A stretch of 51,958 nucleotides of DNA from an uncultured Candidatus Saccharibacteria bacterium (GCA_964590205.1 CAZPVO010000005.1:1-51958); one strand, 5' to 3'; shown: positions 28,124 to 37,639, counted from the first letter of the stretch. Program-made: numbers and translations. The notes: generated from the letters alone by a model not told the origin.

Positions 28124-29638
28124 CTAGGTATAGCCGGTGAAGTAATCGGTTTTGATTTGTGCCTGATGAATACCCAGATCTTTTAGTATATCTCGCATTG
28201 CGACAACCATTTGGTGAGGTCCTGAGATGAAGTACAGGCAGTCTTCAAAGTCTGGTACTTCCTGTTTGATCATTTGAGTGGAGATTGAGCCTGTTTTGCC
28301 GTGCCAGTCCGCATCATGCTTATGACCGGTTACAGTGTATACAATTCTAGCATCAATCTTTTCCTGGGCTTGCTTAAAGACATCAGTGTACACAAATGCA
28401 TCAGGTGTTTTTTCGGAGTACAGCAGCGTAACATCGCGATTTTCATTAATATCAACTAAGTATTTCAGCATGCTGCGATATGGCGTTACACCGATACCCC
28501 CTGCGATAAATACCAAACGAGTTTGACTGTCTTTAGGTAATGTGAAATCGCCACCAACCTGGCCGGCGGCAATTGGCGTATCCTCATCCATATCGAGCAT
28601 GCGTTGTTTGTAGGTACTGCCATCCGGGTAAAACTTAACACCTACACGAACATTGTCTTCGGTTGGTGATGAAGCAAGTGTAAAATATCGGCGATTGCCG
28701 CGACTGTCGGCATGTTCATTTGGCAGCGTCCACTCCATGTACTGGCCAGGCTTGTAATTAAATTTTTGTCCGGGATCGAAAACAAAATCAATAACATCGG
28801 GTGACAGCATGATTTTCTCTTCAAGTTTTGGCATAATTTTAACTTTTGGACTAACAATATATGAAAAAATATTGCCAGCAACCAAAGCTAGCTCGGGGGT
28901 AGAATATAGACTCAAAATATGAACCTGCGGAGGAAACAAAACGCCAACCAGCCCTGAATACCACATTTGTTTGTCACGAGTCTCTGGTGAAGTAAGTGGT
29001 TCGGTCAGCATGACAAACGCTAAGAAAAAAAGAGATGAATGGAAAACTGCTTTCTGCAAATTATCGAGGACCGCGTGGTGATTTAATAGCGCGGCAAAAG
29101 CTGTCGAGGTTAGCGCGGTTGCAAAAAATGTCAGCACCATTGGTGTGCGCCGGATTTTTCGGACAATTAAAACCCCACCAATAATAACAAATGGTAACAT
29201 CGTGATGCTTCCAATCCACCAGCTAGCCGACTGGCCGGGGCCGAGCGCAGTCAGCGCCACTGCAATTGCCGCCGGGTTAAAAATATGTTTTTTGCGGATA
29301 GCTAAAATATACTTTGATGAAATCGCCAGTCCTGCCACAGCAGTTAAAAAGACAATGTCGTGTGGAACTTTCATTGGGTTAACGATCAAGGCCAAAATGA
29401 GCGCGGTAATGTAGGATGATTCAAAATTGACCGGCGTCTCAAAAACTCGCGCAAAGATATAATTTGTTGCCAAGCAAATCAGTGTCAAATAGCCGGCCGA
29501 AAATGACAAAGCCAAAAAGTTAAGCTGTAATTTTCCAGTAGCTGAAAAGGCTAACGCAATTCCGAGAAGCGCCAGCAAGTAATACAAAAGCAAACGATAC
29601 ATGGTGATTCTATCGAGCCAGGTATCAAGGAATTTCAC
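28124..29638 (-). CDS. RnfD/NqrB-like membrane domain fused to FNR-type FAD/NAD(P)-binding domain
   Basis: N-terminal multi-TM region with KHIFNPAA and MLTEPLTSP; C-terminal RYFTLASSP, FIAGGIGVTP and ISGP..MV. Confidence 0.85.
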   Translation of the reverse strand: MKFLDTWLDRITMYRLLLYYLLALLGIALAFSATGKLQLNFLALSFSAGYLTLICLATNYIFARVFETPVNFESSYITALILALIVNPMKVPHDIVFLTAVAGLAISSKYILAIRKKHIFNPAAIAVALTALGPGQSASWWIGSITMLPFVIIGGVLIVRKIRRTPMVLTFFATALTSTAFAALLNHHAVLDNLQKAVFHSSLFFLAFVMLTEPLTSPETRDKQMWYSGLVGVLFPPQVHILSLYSTPELALVAGNIFSYIVSPKVKIMPKLEEKIMLSPDVIDFVFDPGQKFNYKPGQYMEWTLPNEHADSRGNRRYFTLASSPTEDNVRVGVKFYPDGSTYKQRMLDMDEDTPIAAGQVGGDFTLPKDSQTRLVFIAGGIGVTPYRSMLKYLVDINENRDVTLLYSEKTPDAFVYTDVFKQAQEKIDARIVYTVTGHKHDADWHGKTGSISTQMIKQEVPDFEDCLYFISGPHQMVVAMRDILKDLGIHQAQIKTDYFTGYT

Positions 29639-30375
29639 GCAGCAACATACCTTTCAAAATTACTGGTTAAGGTTGCTACGGCGTTGTGATCAATCATATA
29701 ACCTTCGAAGCCTTTAAGTTTCTCGATAATATTTATGCCGTTTTTACCCATCGCAAAAGCCGCTGTCGCAAAGCGATCAGCGTTATAAATGTCGGGCCCA
29801 ATAACTGTTAAGGCCACAACTTCACTAGCTGGCTTATAGTTTTGATGCGGATTGTACACATGCGTCCCACGTATATATGTGCCTGACGTCGCCACACCCT
29901 TGTTTTTAACAGTCAGGGCTTTTATGGTTTGTGTTCTATCAAATGGATTGCGGATACCAATTCGCCAGTTTTTACCCTCAGTGCTGTGCCCACTTACTTG
30001 AATATCGCCACCACCGTCAATGTAAAAATTGTGAAAGCCTTTTAGCTTAAGAAGCTTAGCGGCATTCTGTATTGACCAACCTTTTACAAGTCCGGATGGA
30101 TCAGTGTATCCTTCGCGGGTTATATCAAAAAAACCATCAGTTTCTTGCCTAGTTTGCTCGCACAGCTGCAGAACTTTTTTCATTTCACTGCTCCACTTTG
30201 ACTTTGGTAAGCCATCATTAATGCGTGAAATTTCGCTGTCTTTTTTGTACGTGCTATAACGCGCATCAACCTTACGGAAATAATCAAAAACCTCGTTTAA
30301 ATCATCTGCAGTAGCCCCTTCATCAACAATTTCGATGGTAATTGGCATTCCCATAATTATTTCTGTTTGTTGCAT
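29635..30375 (-). CDS. apbE: FAD:protein FMN transferase
   Basis: Motifs MGMPITI, SEISRIN, DPSGLVKGW, GGDI, GVATSG and ADRFATA. Confidence 0.9.
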   Translation of the reverse strand: MQQTEIIMGMPITIEIVDEGATADDLNEVFDYFRKVDARYSTYKKDSEISRINDGLPKSKWSSEMKKVLQLCEQTRQETDGFFDITREGYTDPSGLVKGWSIQNAAKLLKLKGFHNFYIDGGGDIQVSGHSTEGKNWRIGIRNPFDRTQTIKALTVKNKGVATSGTYIRGTHVYNPHQNYKPASEVVALTVIGPDIYNADRFATAAFAMGKNGINIIEKLKGFEGYMIDHNAVATLTSNFERYVAA

Positions 30376-30378
30376 AAG

Positions 30379-30855
30379 CTAAGCTTGTGCCTGATTGAGC
30401 GCGCTGTTGAGGGATTCTATGAATGCATTACTGGTATCAGTCGCGCCCGTTACGATGTTGACGTGTGCACTTTGAGCACGGATCGCTTCTTGTTTTAATA
30501 TTGGCATCGCAACTGTGTTAATCCGAACAGAATTATCACGATCTTGAGGGTAATCAATAAACACAATATCTGTTATTTGGCCGTTTGAGATTGTTACCTT
30601 GACTTGAATATTGCCATAAAGCGCATCGGCAGAATCACCGGTATACGTGCCACTTTTATATTTTCCGGCCGTTTGAGTAGATGTACTGGAGTTGGAATTG
30701 CTAGACGGCTGACTTTGAGTAGTATCAGTTTGAGCCGTAGGTTGTGTTGCAGCTGGTGCTGGTGTAATACTGCCCGATGCTTCATGCCGCTGCTGAAACG
30801 TATAAGCGATGAAGGCTACGATAACAAAAGCTGAGAGTCCAATTTTTTTTAGCAT
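30379..30855 (-). CDS. Membrane-anchored FMN-binding (flavinylated) domain protein
   Basis: N-terminal anchor, Ser/Thr linker, YKSGTYTG, YGNIQVKVTI and flavinylation motif TGAT. Confidence 0.88.
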   Translation of the reverse strand: MLKKIGLSAFVIVAFIAYTFQQRHEASGSITPAPAATQPTAQTDTTQSQPSSNSNSSTSTQTAGKYKSGTYTGDSADALYGNIQVKVTISNGQITDIVFIDYPQDRDNSVRINTVAMPILKQEAIRAQSAHVNIVTGATDTSNAFIESLNSALNQAQA

Positions 30856-30986
30856 AATTCCTCATCTAATAGTAACGGTGTAATCATAAGCATACAACCT
30901 GAGAATAAGTTGAAAAAATTACATGATCACGCTGTACATAATTGCCTTTGTTGCTGAGTGCATAACTCTTGCGGTAAAATATAAAT

Positions 30987-31313
30987 ATGGCTGTAAAAAC
31001 AACCACCACTAAACAACAACTTTCAGAAGGCACAGTGCACAAGTTGCCGCCTGATCTTAAAAAGGCTTTGCTAGCTTCAAAGGAAGCTAATAAACTTTGG
31101 GAAGATATTACACCACTGGCTCGAAATGAATGGATCTGTTGGACGATTACAGTTAAGCAACAAAAAACACGCGACGAACATGTAGCGCGTGTGGTTGAAG
31201 AACTCAAAGACGGTATGCGACGTCCTTGTTGCTGGACCGGTTGTCTGCACCGAAAAGACATACCGCTCAGCCCCACCAAAAAGTGGTTAATCAGTAAGCA
31301 GGCCAAAAAATAG
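30987..31313 (+). CDS. YdeI/OmpD-associated family protein
   Basis: Motifs LPPDLKKAL, WEDITPLARNEWICW and KTRDEHV. Confidence 0.8.
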   Translation: MAVKTTTTKQQLSEGTVHKLPPDLKKALLASKEANKLWEDITPLARNEWICWTITVKQQKTRDEHVARVVEELKDGMRRPCCWTGCLHRKDIPLSPTKKWLISKQAKK

Positions 31314-31708
31314 TGGCTGAAAAACCTGCATCGGAGCAAATCGACGACATTATTAAAATGCACAGTAGCTGGAAAGCGAAACTGCTCACTCAAATACGTG
31401 CAGCTATAAAGGAAGCGGATCCAGAAGTTGTCGAAGAGATAAAGTGGCGCATGGCTACGCGCCCTGAAGGTCTAGCTGTTTGGTCTCATAATGGTATTGT
31501 GTGCCGAACGGAAATCTTCAATAACGACTTTAAACTCGTGTTCTCTAAAGGTGCTGTCATGAAAGACGCAAACAAGCTTTTTAATGCTCGCATGAAGAGC
31601 AAAACTGAACGTGCCATTGAGTATCGCGATGGCAGCACAGTTGATACAGCCAAGCTCAAAGAACTCGTAGTCGAAGCCGTCGAGCTCAACGTATCCAGCA
31701 AGAAGTAA
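31313..31708 (+). CDS. DUF1801 (YdhG-like) protein
   Basis: Motifs IRAAIKEADPEVVEEIKW, WSHNGIVC and KLVFSKGA. Confidence 0.82.
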   Translation: MAEKPASEQIDDIIKMHSSWKAKLLTQIRAAIKEADPEVVEEIKWRMATRPEGLAVWSHNGIVCRTEIFNNDFKLVFSKGAVMKDANKLFNARMKSKTERAIEYRDGSTVDTAKLKELVVEAVELNVSSKK

Positions 31709-31711
31709 AAC

Positions 31712-31742
31712 AAAAACCCGCCAGTTGGCGGGCTATGTTTTT
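31712..31742. terminator. Intrinsic terminator between convergent genes
   Basis: AAAAA-CCCGCC-AGTT-GGCGGG followed by a T-rich tail. Confidence 0.75.
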
Positions 31743-31751
31743 GCACGTGGC

Positions 31752-31910
31752 TTAGATTTTAGAAATAATCCAAGCGCACACTGCAAGACTGAGGAAGAAA
31801 AGCCCCAGCCCAACGGGTGAACCCCAGCTGAACCATGAACCCCACGAGCGCCAGTGTTTGTGTGACTTCTCGTACCAGTCCATTTGCTCCTCTTTTGACA
31901 TCTTTGTCAT
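31752..31910 (-). CDS. 52-aa Trp-rich single-TM small protein (not in ORF track)
   Basis: AAGGAG SD plus ATG; MTKMSKEEQMDWYEKSHKHWRSWGSWFSWGSPVGLGLFFLSLAVCAWIISKI. Confidence 0.75.
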   Translation of the reverse strand: MTKMSKEEQMDWYEKSHKHWRSWGSWFSWGSPVGLGLFFLSLAVCAWIISKI

Positions 31911-32025
31911 GAGACGACTCCTTATTAACTAATAATGAGTCTCGGATAATGTTTGCCAGTAAGCGGTTGTTCCTTCGAGACATTGGCCCGCCCAGTACCC
32001 TGGACTTATTAACCTATTTATTATA
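31911..32025 (-). promoter_or_regulatory. Extended -10 promoter plus ~100-nt structured leader occluding the SD
   Basis: TGaTATAAT with the hexamer at 32025-32020. Hairpin GACTC-ATTATTA-GT-TAATAAG-GAGTC covers the SD, and an upstream GTCTCG competes for it. Confidence 0.5.
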
Positions 32026-32072
32026 TCAACTAGGCTGCTGCAAGAATAGTTTGAAAAATGCTGACGGTTTGC

Positions 32073-32948
32073 TTAGATATGTATAAGTGGGCTGAGAGCG
32101 AGCGATACTGACAGAACTATCGTAATAACAAGAGAGAAAAAGAATATTTGTTTTGCCCATTTTTCGTATTCCTTTTGACGAAGACCTTTAACGGCCAGAA
32201 TGAACCACCAGCCTCCAACGAGCATCATGACGATAAAGTAAATAAGGCCCGTATCAGCTACAATCGATAATGATAATGAAGCCACTAAAAAGGCCGCAGT
32301 GAAAAATATAATCTGTTTTTTGGTTGATGCAACGCCACGCTTGACTGACATCACGGGGAGCTCCGCTGATTTATAATCTTTGCGTCGGTACAACGAAATT
32401 GCATAAAAATGTGGCATTTGCCAGCAGACCAAAATAATAAATAGCAACAGAGCCGTCGCATCAAACTGTCCAGTGACTGCTGTATATCCTGCGACCAAGG
32501 GCATGGCACCAGACACGCCTCCAATTAGCGTACTGTATTCGCTGTTACGTTTCGACCAACCATAAAAAACAATGTAATCAACAAAGCCAATCGCACCAAT
32601 CAAAACTGTTAACCAGTTTGTAGTAAGTGCGAGAATCGTAAATCCCAAAACACCTAATACAGCACCGTATGTGAGCGCTGAGATGACTGATATTTTACCA
32701 GTTACTAGCGCACGTTTTTCAGTACGGGCCATTTTTGCGTCAATACCACGATCTATGTAATTATTGAACACACAAGCCGAACCGATAATTAAACCAATAC
32801 CAAGCATTGTGCCAAGTAATAATTCAGCACTGACTTTCCAATGCGACGCAAACAATAAGCCAGCTAGTGCATACATCAGGTTACCATAAATAATACCTGG
32901 CTTAGCTAAGCGATAATAATCGCGCAGTTTACTTGTAGATGCTTTCAT
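32073..32948 (-). CDS. cyoE: Protoheme IX farnesyltransferase (heme O synthase)
   Basis: Motifs YYRLAKPGI, NNYIDRGIDAKMARTEKR and WQMPHFYAI. Confidence 0.95.
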   Translation of the reverse strand: MKASTSKLRDYYRLAKPGIIYGNLMYALAGLLFASHWKVSAELLLGTMLGIGLIIGSACVFNNYIDRGIDAKMARTEKRALVTGKISVISALTYGAVLGVLGFTILALTTNWLTVLIGAIGFVDYIVFYGWSKRNSEYSTLIGGVSGAMPLVAGYTAVTGQFDATALLLFIILVCWQMPHFYAISLYRRKDYKSAELPVMSVKRGVASTKKQIIFFTAAFLVASLSLSIVADTGLIYFIVMMLVGGWWFILAVKGLRQKEYEKWAKQIFFFSLVITIVLSVSLALSPLIHI

Positions 32949-33321
32949 CTTTTTGGATGTATTGGTTGGTTTGATCTGGTGATAGTTCTTGCCCGTGATG
33001 ATGCAAATAGTTTAGATTAATCATGATCCAGAGTGAGCCGACAATAACGGTTATTATAACCAGTGCTGTAAATAGCATCACAAATAGATTCAAACGAGGC
33101 TTTTTTTCGTGGTTAATGTGCAAGAAGAAAATCAACTGGACTACCATTTGAATGCCCGCAAGTCCCATGATCACAGCAATAAAAAGCGGTAGACTGGCGA
33201 CAACATTGTTAACTGAAATGGCATAGGCCGCAATTGTTAAAACTAACGATAAAATATAGCCAGCTATATACAGGTGTCTTTTATCACGAACTTCTTTACT
33301 GGTGTAATGCTCTCGGCTCAT
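32929..33321 (-). CDS. cyoD: Cytochrome o ubiquinol oxidase subunit IV
   Basis: Motifs YIAGYILSLVLT, QMVVQLIFFLH and GSLWIM. Confidence 0.92.
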   Translation of the reverse strand: MSREHYTSKEVRDKRHLYIAGYILSLVLTIAAYAISVNNVVASLPLFIAVIMGLAGIQMVVQLIFFLHINHEKKPRLNLFVMLFTALVIITVIVGSLWIMINLNYLHHHGQELSPDQTNQYIQKDESIYK

Positions 33322-33905
33322 AGCCTACCTGCCAATAAATAAACCATACTAAAAATGAAAATCCAGACAATATCGAGAAAGTGCCAGTACAACCCAAGGT
33401 ATGTGATTTTGCGTTGCATCGGCGTAGTAAAGCCTCGCTTTAGGGTGTAAATCATCAGCGTTGCCATCCAAAAGAGCCCGATAAAAATGTGCAAACCATG
33501 TGTTCCAACTAACACAAAGAATGCTGATAAGTATGCACTGCTGCCTATGGTGTGTCCTGCCTGAATTAAATGGCTAAACTCTTTCATCTCCAGTGCAAAG
33601 AATGATACGCCGAGCAAAAAGGTAATGCTAAACCAGGCCAGCATCTGGCCTTTACGCTTCTGCAGCGCACCAAGTGTTGCGAGTCCACAAGTAAAACTAC
33701 TTGTGAGCAATAGAATTGTTTCAGTCAGTGCGAGCGGTAAATTAAATAACTCGCCGCCAGATGGGCCACCTGCTGTGCTTTCATGAAGTACGGCAAATAC
33801 AGCAAAAAGGATGGCAAACATTAGCATGTCGGTCATTAAATAGACCCAGAAGCCAAAAAAGCCTCGGTCGCGCGCCTGCTCTTCGTGGTCAATCGTCTCA
33901 TTCAT
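33318..33905 (-). CDS. cyoC: Cytochrome o ubiquinol oxidase subunit III
   Basis: Motifs FGFWVYLMTD, LLLTSSFTCG, GTHGLH and YWHFLDIVW. Start set at ATG 33905 (ATGA overlap with cyoB). Confidence 0.94.
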   Translation of the reverse strand: MNETIDHEEQARDRGFFGFWVYLMTDMLMFAILFAVFAVLHESTAGGPSGGELFNLPLALTETILLLTSSFTCGLATLGALQKRKGQMLAWFSITFLLGVSFFALEMKEFSHLIQAGHTIGSSAYLSAFFVLVGTHGLHIFIGLFWMATLMIYTLKRGFTTPMQRKITYLGLYWHFLDIVWIFIFSMVYLLAGRL

Positions 33906-36001
33906 GTGTCTAGTCGCCACTTTCGCCACCCTCTAGTCTTTATAAAGTCCAACGCCCATCTTAGAGTCACTTTTACAAAATCGCGCAGGCCAATATCTTC
34001 ATTATTGTCTGGATTGGCATGCTTCTGAACATGCGCAAACTTCTCTGCTCGCTCATGCTCAAGTTGTTTAACTTTCTCGGCGCTAAGTGTATATTCGGTA
34101 TTTTCCTTGAAAGTTTGAGCAATCGTGCAGGCAACAATACCGATTAGTCCGACAATGACTAACCATATAATGTGCCAAACAAATCCAAACCCGAACAAAA
34201 ATGCAAAACCGGCGATGTAGATTCCGGCTGATATATTCTTGGGCATACGAATATCTTCGTACACGGGCTTTGGCTGTTTGTGTTGCTTCATTTCCCAAAA
34301 AGCATCTCGGGTGGTAACTTCTGGAATTCTTGTGAAGTTATAAAACGGAGCAGGAGACGGTACTGACCATTCTAGTGTTCGTCCATCCCAAGGATCACCG
34401 GTCGTGTCGAGCAACTGTCTCTTTTGAACAAAACTGGCAATGATTTGAATAATCTGAAAAATGACACCAGCCATTATAAGTACTCCACCAAGTGTTGCAA
34501 CGATAAAGAATGGTCGCCAGCTGGTGTTTGTGTAATGATCAAGCCGCCTGGTTGCACCCATGAATCCTAAAATGTAGAGCGGTCCAAAGGCCATCCAAAA
34601 ACCAATTAACCAGCACCAAAACGCGTAGCGGCCGAGGCGTTCGTTAAGCCTAAAACCCGTCATCTTTGGGAACCAGTATGAAATTCCAGCAAAGACACCC
34701 CACAGTACGCCGCCAATAACCATGGTGTGAAAATGTGCAACTAAAAATAGACTGTTATGCAACTGAAAATCTGATGCCGGTTCAGCCAGCATAACACCAG
34801 TCATACCACCAATTGCAAAAGTGCCGGCAAACCCCAAAAACCAAAGCAGCGGAGTTTTAAATCGAATGCGACCTTTGTACATCGTCGCAACCCAGTTGAG
34901 CACGAGCACAGTTGTCGGAATAGCAATAATCATAGTCATAAGCCCAAAGAATGCGTTCACATCAGCGCCAGCGCCCATGGTAAAGAAGTGATGCAGCCAT
35001 ACCGAAAGTGCAAATGTCGAAACACCAATCATACCAATAACGGCTGACCAATAGCTGGCGATTGGTTTACGGCTAAACGCTGAGACAACTTCTGAATAAG
35101 CACCGAAAGCCGGCAAAATCAAAATATACACTTCTGGGTGTCCCCACATCCAAATCAAGTTGGTATACATCATCGCATTACCACCAGCAGTAGTAGTAAA
35201 GAAATGTGCACCTAAATAACGATCAAAAAATAACAGAAACAAGGTTGCTGTTAAGAGTGGAAAAACAGTCACAGCCATGACCATGCTGCATAATGAGCCC
35301 CAGGTGAACAGCGGCATTTTTCGCAGCGTCATGCCGGGTGCACGCATTTTAAGAATAGTGACAATAAAGTTAATAGCGCCAAGTGTCGTGCCAATACCAG
35401 AAATCTGCAGCGACCATATTAAATAGTCTACCCCCACACCAGGACTAAATTGTGTACTTGCTAGTGGTGCAATCGCCAGCCAGCCAGTCGCAGCGTACTT
35501 GCCGCCAACAATGAAAAACGTGTTGACCATGACGACGCCAGCAACATACAGCCAAAAGCCGAGTGTATTTAAAAACGGCGAAGCAAGATCACGAGCACCA
35601 ATTTGCAGCGGAACAATGTAGTTGATAAGTCCAAACACAAACCCCATCGCCACGAAGAAAACCATAATGTTACCGTGCGCAGTAAAGAGTTGTTGAAAGT
35701 GATCAGCTGAGAGATAACCGTGTGAAGCACCGACTGACAGTGATTGTTGCAGCCAAATCATAATTGCCTCCAGCACCCCACGCAGCAGCATAAAGCCGGC
35801 TACCAAAAAGTACATGATGCCAATTCGCTTTGGATCAACTGAGGTTAGCCACTCTTTCCATAGCCATTTCCAGCGCTTGGTGTAAGTAAGGAGTATCGCT
35901 ACACCAATAAACAAACCAATATAGAACGCCGCGCCACCAAGTGTAAACCACTCGTGCGGCAAAGCTTCCCAATTTAATCTACCGATCAGAAATTCTCTCA
36001 T
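33902..36001 (-). CDS. cyoB: Cytochrome o ubiquinol oxidase subunit I
   Basis: Metal ligands FTAHG, WGHPEVY, WLHHF and AHFH; D-channel ARDL and N residues present; quinol site R/E/H/Q. Confidence 0.96.
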   Translation of the reverse strand: MREFLIGRLNWEALPHEWFTLGGAAFYIGLFIGVAILLTYTKRWKWLWKEWLTSVDPKRIGIMYFLVAGFMLLRGVLEAIMIWLQQSLSVGASHGYLSADHFQQLFTAHGNIMVFFVAMGFVFGLINYIVPLQIGARDLASPFLNTLGFWLYVAGVVMVNTFFIVGGKYAATGWLAIAPLASTQFSPGVGVDYLIWSLQISGIGTTLGAINFIVTILKMRAPGMTLRKMPLFTWGSLCSMVMAVTVFPLLTATLFLLFFDRYLGAHFFTTTAGGNAMMYTNLIWMWGHPEVYILILPAFGAYSEVVSAFSRKPIASYWSAVIGMIGVSTFALSVWLHHFFTMGAGADVNAFFGLMTMIIAIPTTVLVLNWVATMYKGRIRFKTPLLWFLGFAGTFAIGGMTGVMLAEPASDFQLHNSLFLVAHFHTMVIGGVLWGVFAGISYWFPKMTGFRLNERLGRYAFWCWLIGFWMAFGPLYILGFMGATRRLDHYTNTSWRPFFIVATLGGVLIMAGVIFQIIQIIASFVQKRQLLDTTGDPWDGRTLEWSVPSPAPFYNFTRIPEVTTRDAFWEMKQHKQPKPVYEDIRMPKNISAGIYIAGFAFLFGFGFVWHIIWLVIVGLIGIVACTIAQTFKENTEYTLSAEKVKQLEHERAEKFAHVQKHANPDNNEDIGLRDFVKVTLRWALDFIKTRGWRKWRLDT

Positions 36002-36906
36002 TGTTCTCCCCTCACATTTGCGTCAGGCGGCGGATTATACTTGGTCAAAATGGTCTTATATAAGTTTGTGTCAGTTTTAGAATAAAGTATAACGGGATTA
36101 TTTTCACTTGGAACAAGAAGTTTTTGGTACTGCTCGGCAGTTAGTTGATTTTGTGATGCGCGAGCTGTCTTAACCCATTCGTCAAAGTCGGCTGCTGACG
36201 CGGCGTGAGCTGTAAATTTCATGCCGGCAAAACCAGGCCCATTAATCTCAGCTGCTTGGCCCTGGTAGTCGCCCGGAGCATCGGCCATTAAGTTTAGTTC
36301 AGTTTGGTGACCGGTCATGGCATACAATTGACCACCAAGATGTGGAATCCAAAACGAGTTCATTGGCGCCTCATCGGCTGTTAATTCAAATTGCACAGGT
36401 ACATTAACCGGCAGCTGAACGTAATTCACTGTTGCAATATTCTGCTCAGGATATATAAACAACCACTTCCACCTAAGTGCAACTACTCGAATGGTAAGTG
36501 GCTTGCTTTGGGCTTCAATTTTTTTTCGAGGATCTAGATTAAATGTAGCCGGCAGAACCACAGAGGCCAGGATTATCACAATAATTGTCGGCGCGACCCA
36601 CAAACTCATCCCGAACAACTTGCCGTGTGGTTTTGTTGAGCGATTACGGACCTTTGAGTTTGATTCGCGGTATTTCCAGGCAAAAAAGTAAAGCATACCC
36701 AAAACCGGAATAGCAAAGGCCAGCATTACGGCTACTGAAAACTCCATCAAATGAGCTTGGTTTTGAGCAATCTGCCCTTTCGGATTAAACAAAACGATGT
36801 CATTGCCATACATTAATCCGGCAAACAAAAAAGCTAATCCTGAAAGTCCCAATAAAACAAGTTTAGGCAGTGATGTCTGCTTTGACTTGTTTTTTTGTTT
36901 TGCCAT
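35998..36906 (-). CDS. cyoA: Cytochrome o ubiquinol oxidase subunit II
   Basis: Motifs FNPKGQIA, WKWLFIYPEQ, MNSFWIPHLGGQLYAM and NGPGFAGMKF; no CuA ligands. Confidence 0.94.
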   Translation of the reverse strand: MAKQKNKSKQTSLPKLVLLGLSGLAFLFAGLMYGNDIVLFNPKGQIAQNQAHLMEFSVAVMLAFAIPVLGMLYFFAWKYRESNSKVRNRSTKPHGKLFGMSLWVAPTIIVIILASVVLPATFNLDPRKKIEAQSKPLTIRVVALRWKWLFIYPEQNIATVNYVQLPVNVPVQFELTADEAPMNSFWIPHLGGQLYAMTGHQTELNLMADAPGDYQGQAAEINGPGFAGMKFTAHAASAADFDEWVKTARASQNQLTAEQYQKLLVPSENNPVILYSKTDTNLYKTILTKYNPPPDANVRGEQ

Positions 36907-37005
36907 TAACTAGACCCTACCAAAGTTAAAAATACTCATAAGCGCTATAACTACTATACCACGCTGATGGTGGTGTGTCTCCTGTGCGGGGGCCGCTATG
37001 AATAA

Positions 37006-37308
37006 CTACTTTTCTAAGCTGTCAGTCGATAATGCTCTTCGATACACGCTTCTTTGATAGTAGTGTGCAGCTAGTATGATTGTTATCAGTGATAGTGAGC
37101 TAAGACAGGCTTGGCCGATTGGAGAGTGAGACATAAACGAAAGAATAAAACCACTCAATGTTGCGGCCACTGTTCCCTGCCACATTCTTTTTACTCGATT
37201 CGAGACTGCTGTAAAGTCGTGTTTTCGAGTTCCCCAAATTACTCCCATTGCAAAAGCTAATGACATGACTGCCAGCAATACATGGGTAACAAGAATAAGC
37301 GTGATCAT
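37006..37308 (-). CDS. Small three-TM membrane protein upstream of cyoA
   Basis: Three hydrophobic segments; co-oriented with the cyo operon. Confidence 0.65.
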   Translation of the reverse strand: MITLILVTHVLLAVMSLAFAMGVIWGTRKHDFTAVSNRVKRMWQGTVAATLSGFILSFMSHSPIGQACLSSLSLITIILAAHYYQRSVYRRALSTDSLEK

Positions 37309-37391
37309 TATTTATATTTTAGCAAACTAGCACTTCATTCAAAAAACTCATACTTGGCATGTGCGACTTTGCGCCTAGAATCAACATTGTA

Positions 37392-37637
37392 TTAGCTTCT
37401 TGATGGTGATTTTCTAAGCTTAAGGCGTAAATTAGAAATATAGTCACTCACCTTAACTTGCGGGTAGGCCTTTAGGTATGAAAGATGCGCGTCAACAAAC
37501 GAAATTTTGTTGCCCGGCCACATCTCACTGTTTGCTCTATAAGCGGTTAAGGTCGTCAGTGATGAATCTTTCTGCATCTGCAGCAAAATACTTCGAGCTT
37601 CATCAAGCTCAGAGTCTTTTCTGATAACTTTCATCAT
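37392..37637 (-). CDS. Conserved-looking hypothetical protein
   Basis: Starts 2 nt after the RRM gene stop, suggesting an operon. Confidence 0.65.
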   Translation of the reverse strand: MMKVIRKDSELDEARSILLQMQKDSSLTTLTAYRANSEMWPGNKISFVDAHLSYLKAYPQVKVSDYISNLRLKLRKSPSRS

Positions 37638-37639
37638 AA

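Noticed and set aside
30884-31393. 169-aa minus-strand ORF
   Set aside because: It is antisense to the YdeI and DUF1801 genes and has no motifs.
31759-31983. 74-aa minus-strand ORF in the track
   Set aside because: A different frame (31752-31910) has the SD and a coherent TM peptide; the 74-aa frame runs through the structured leader.
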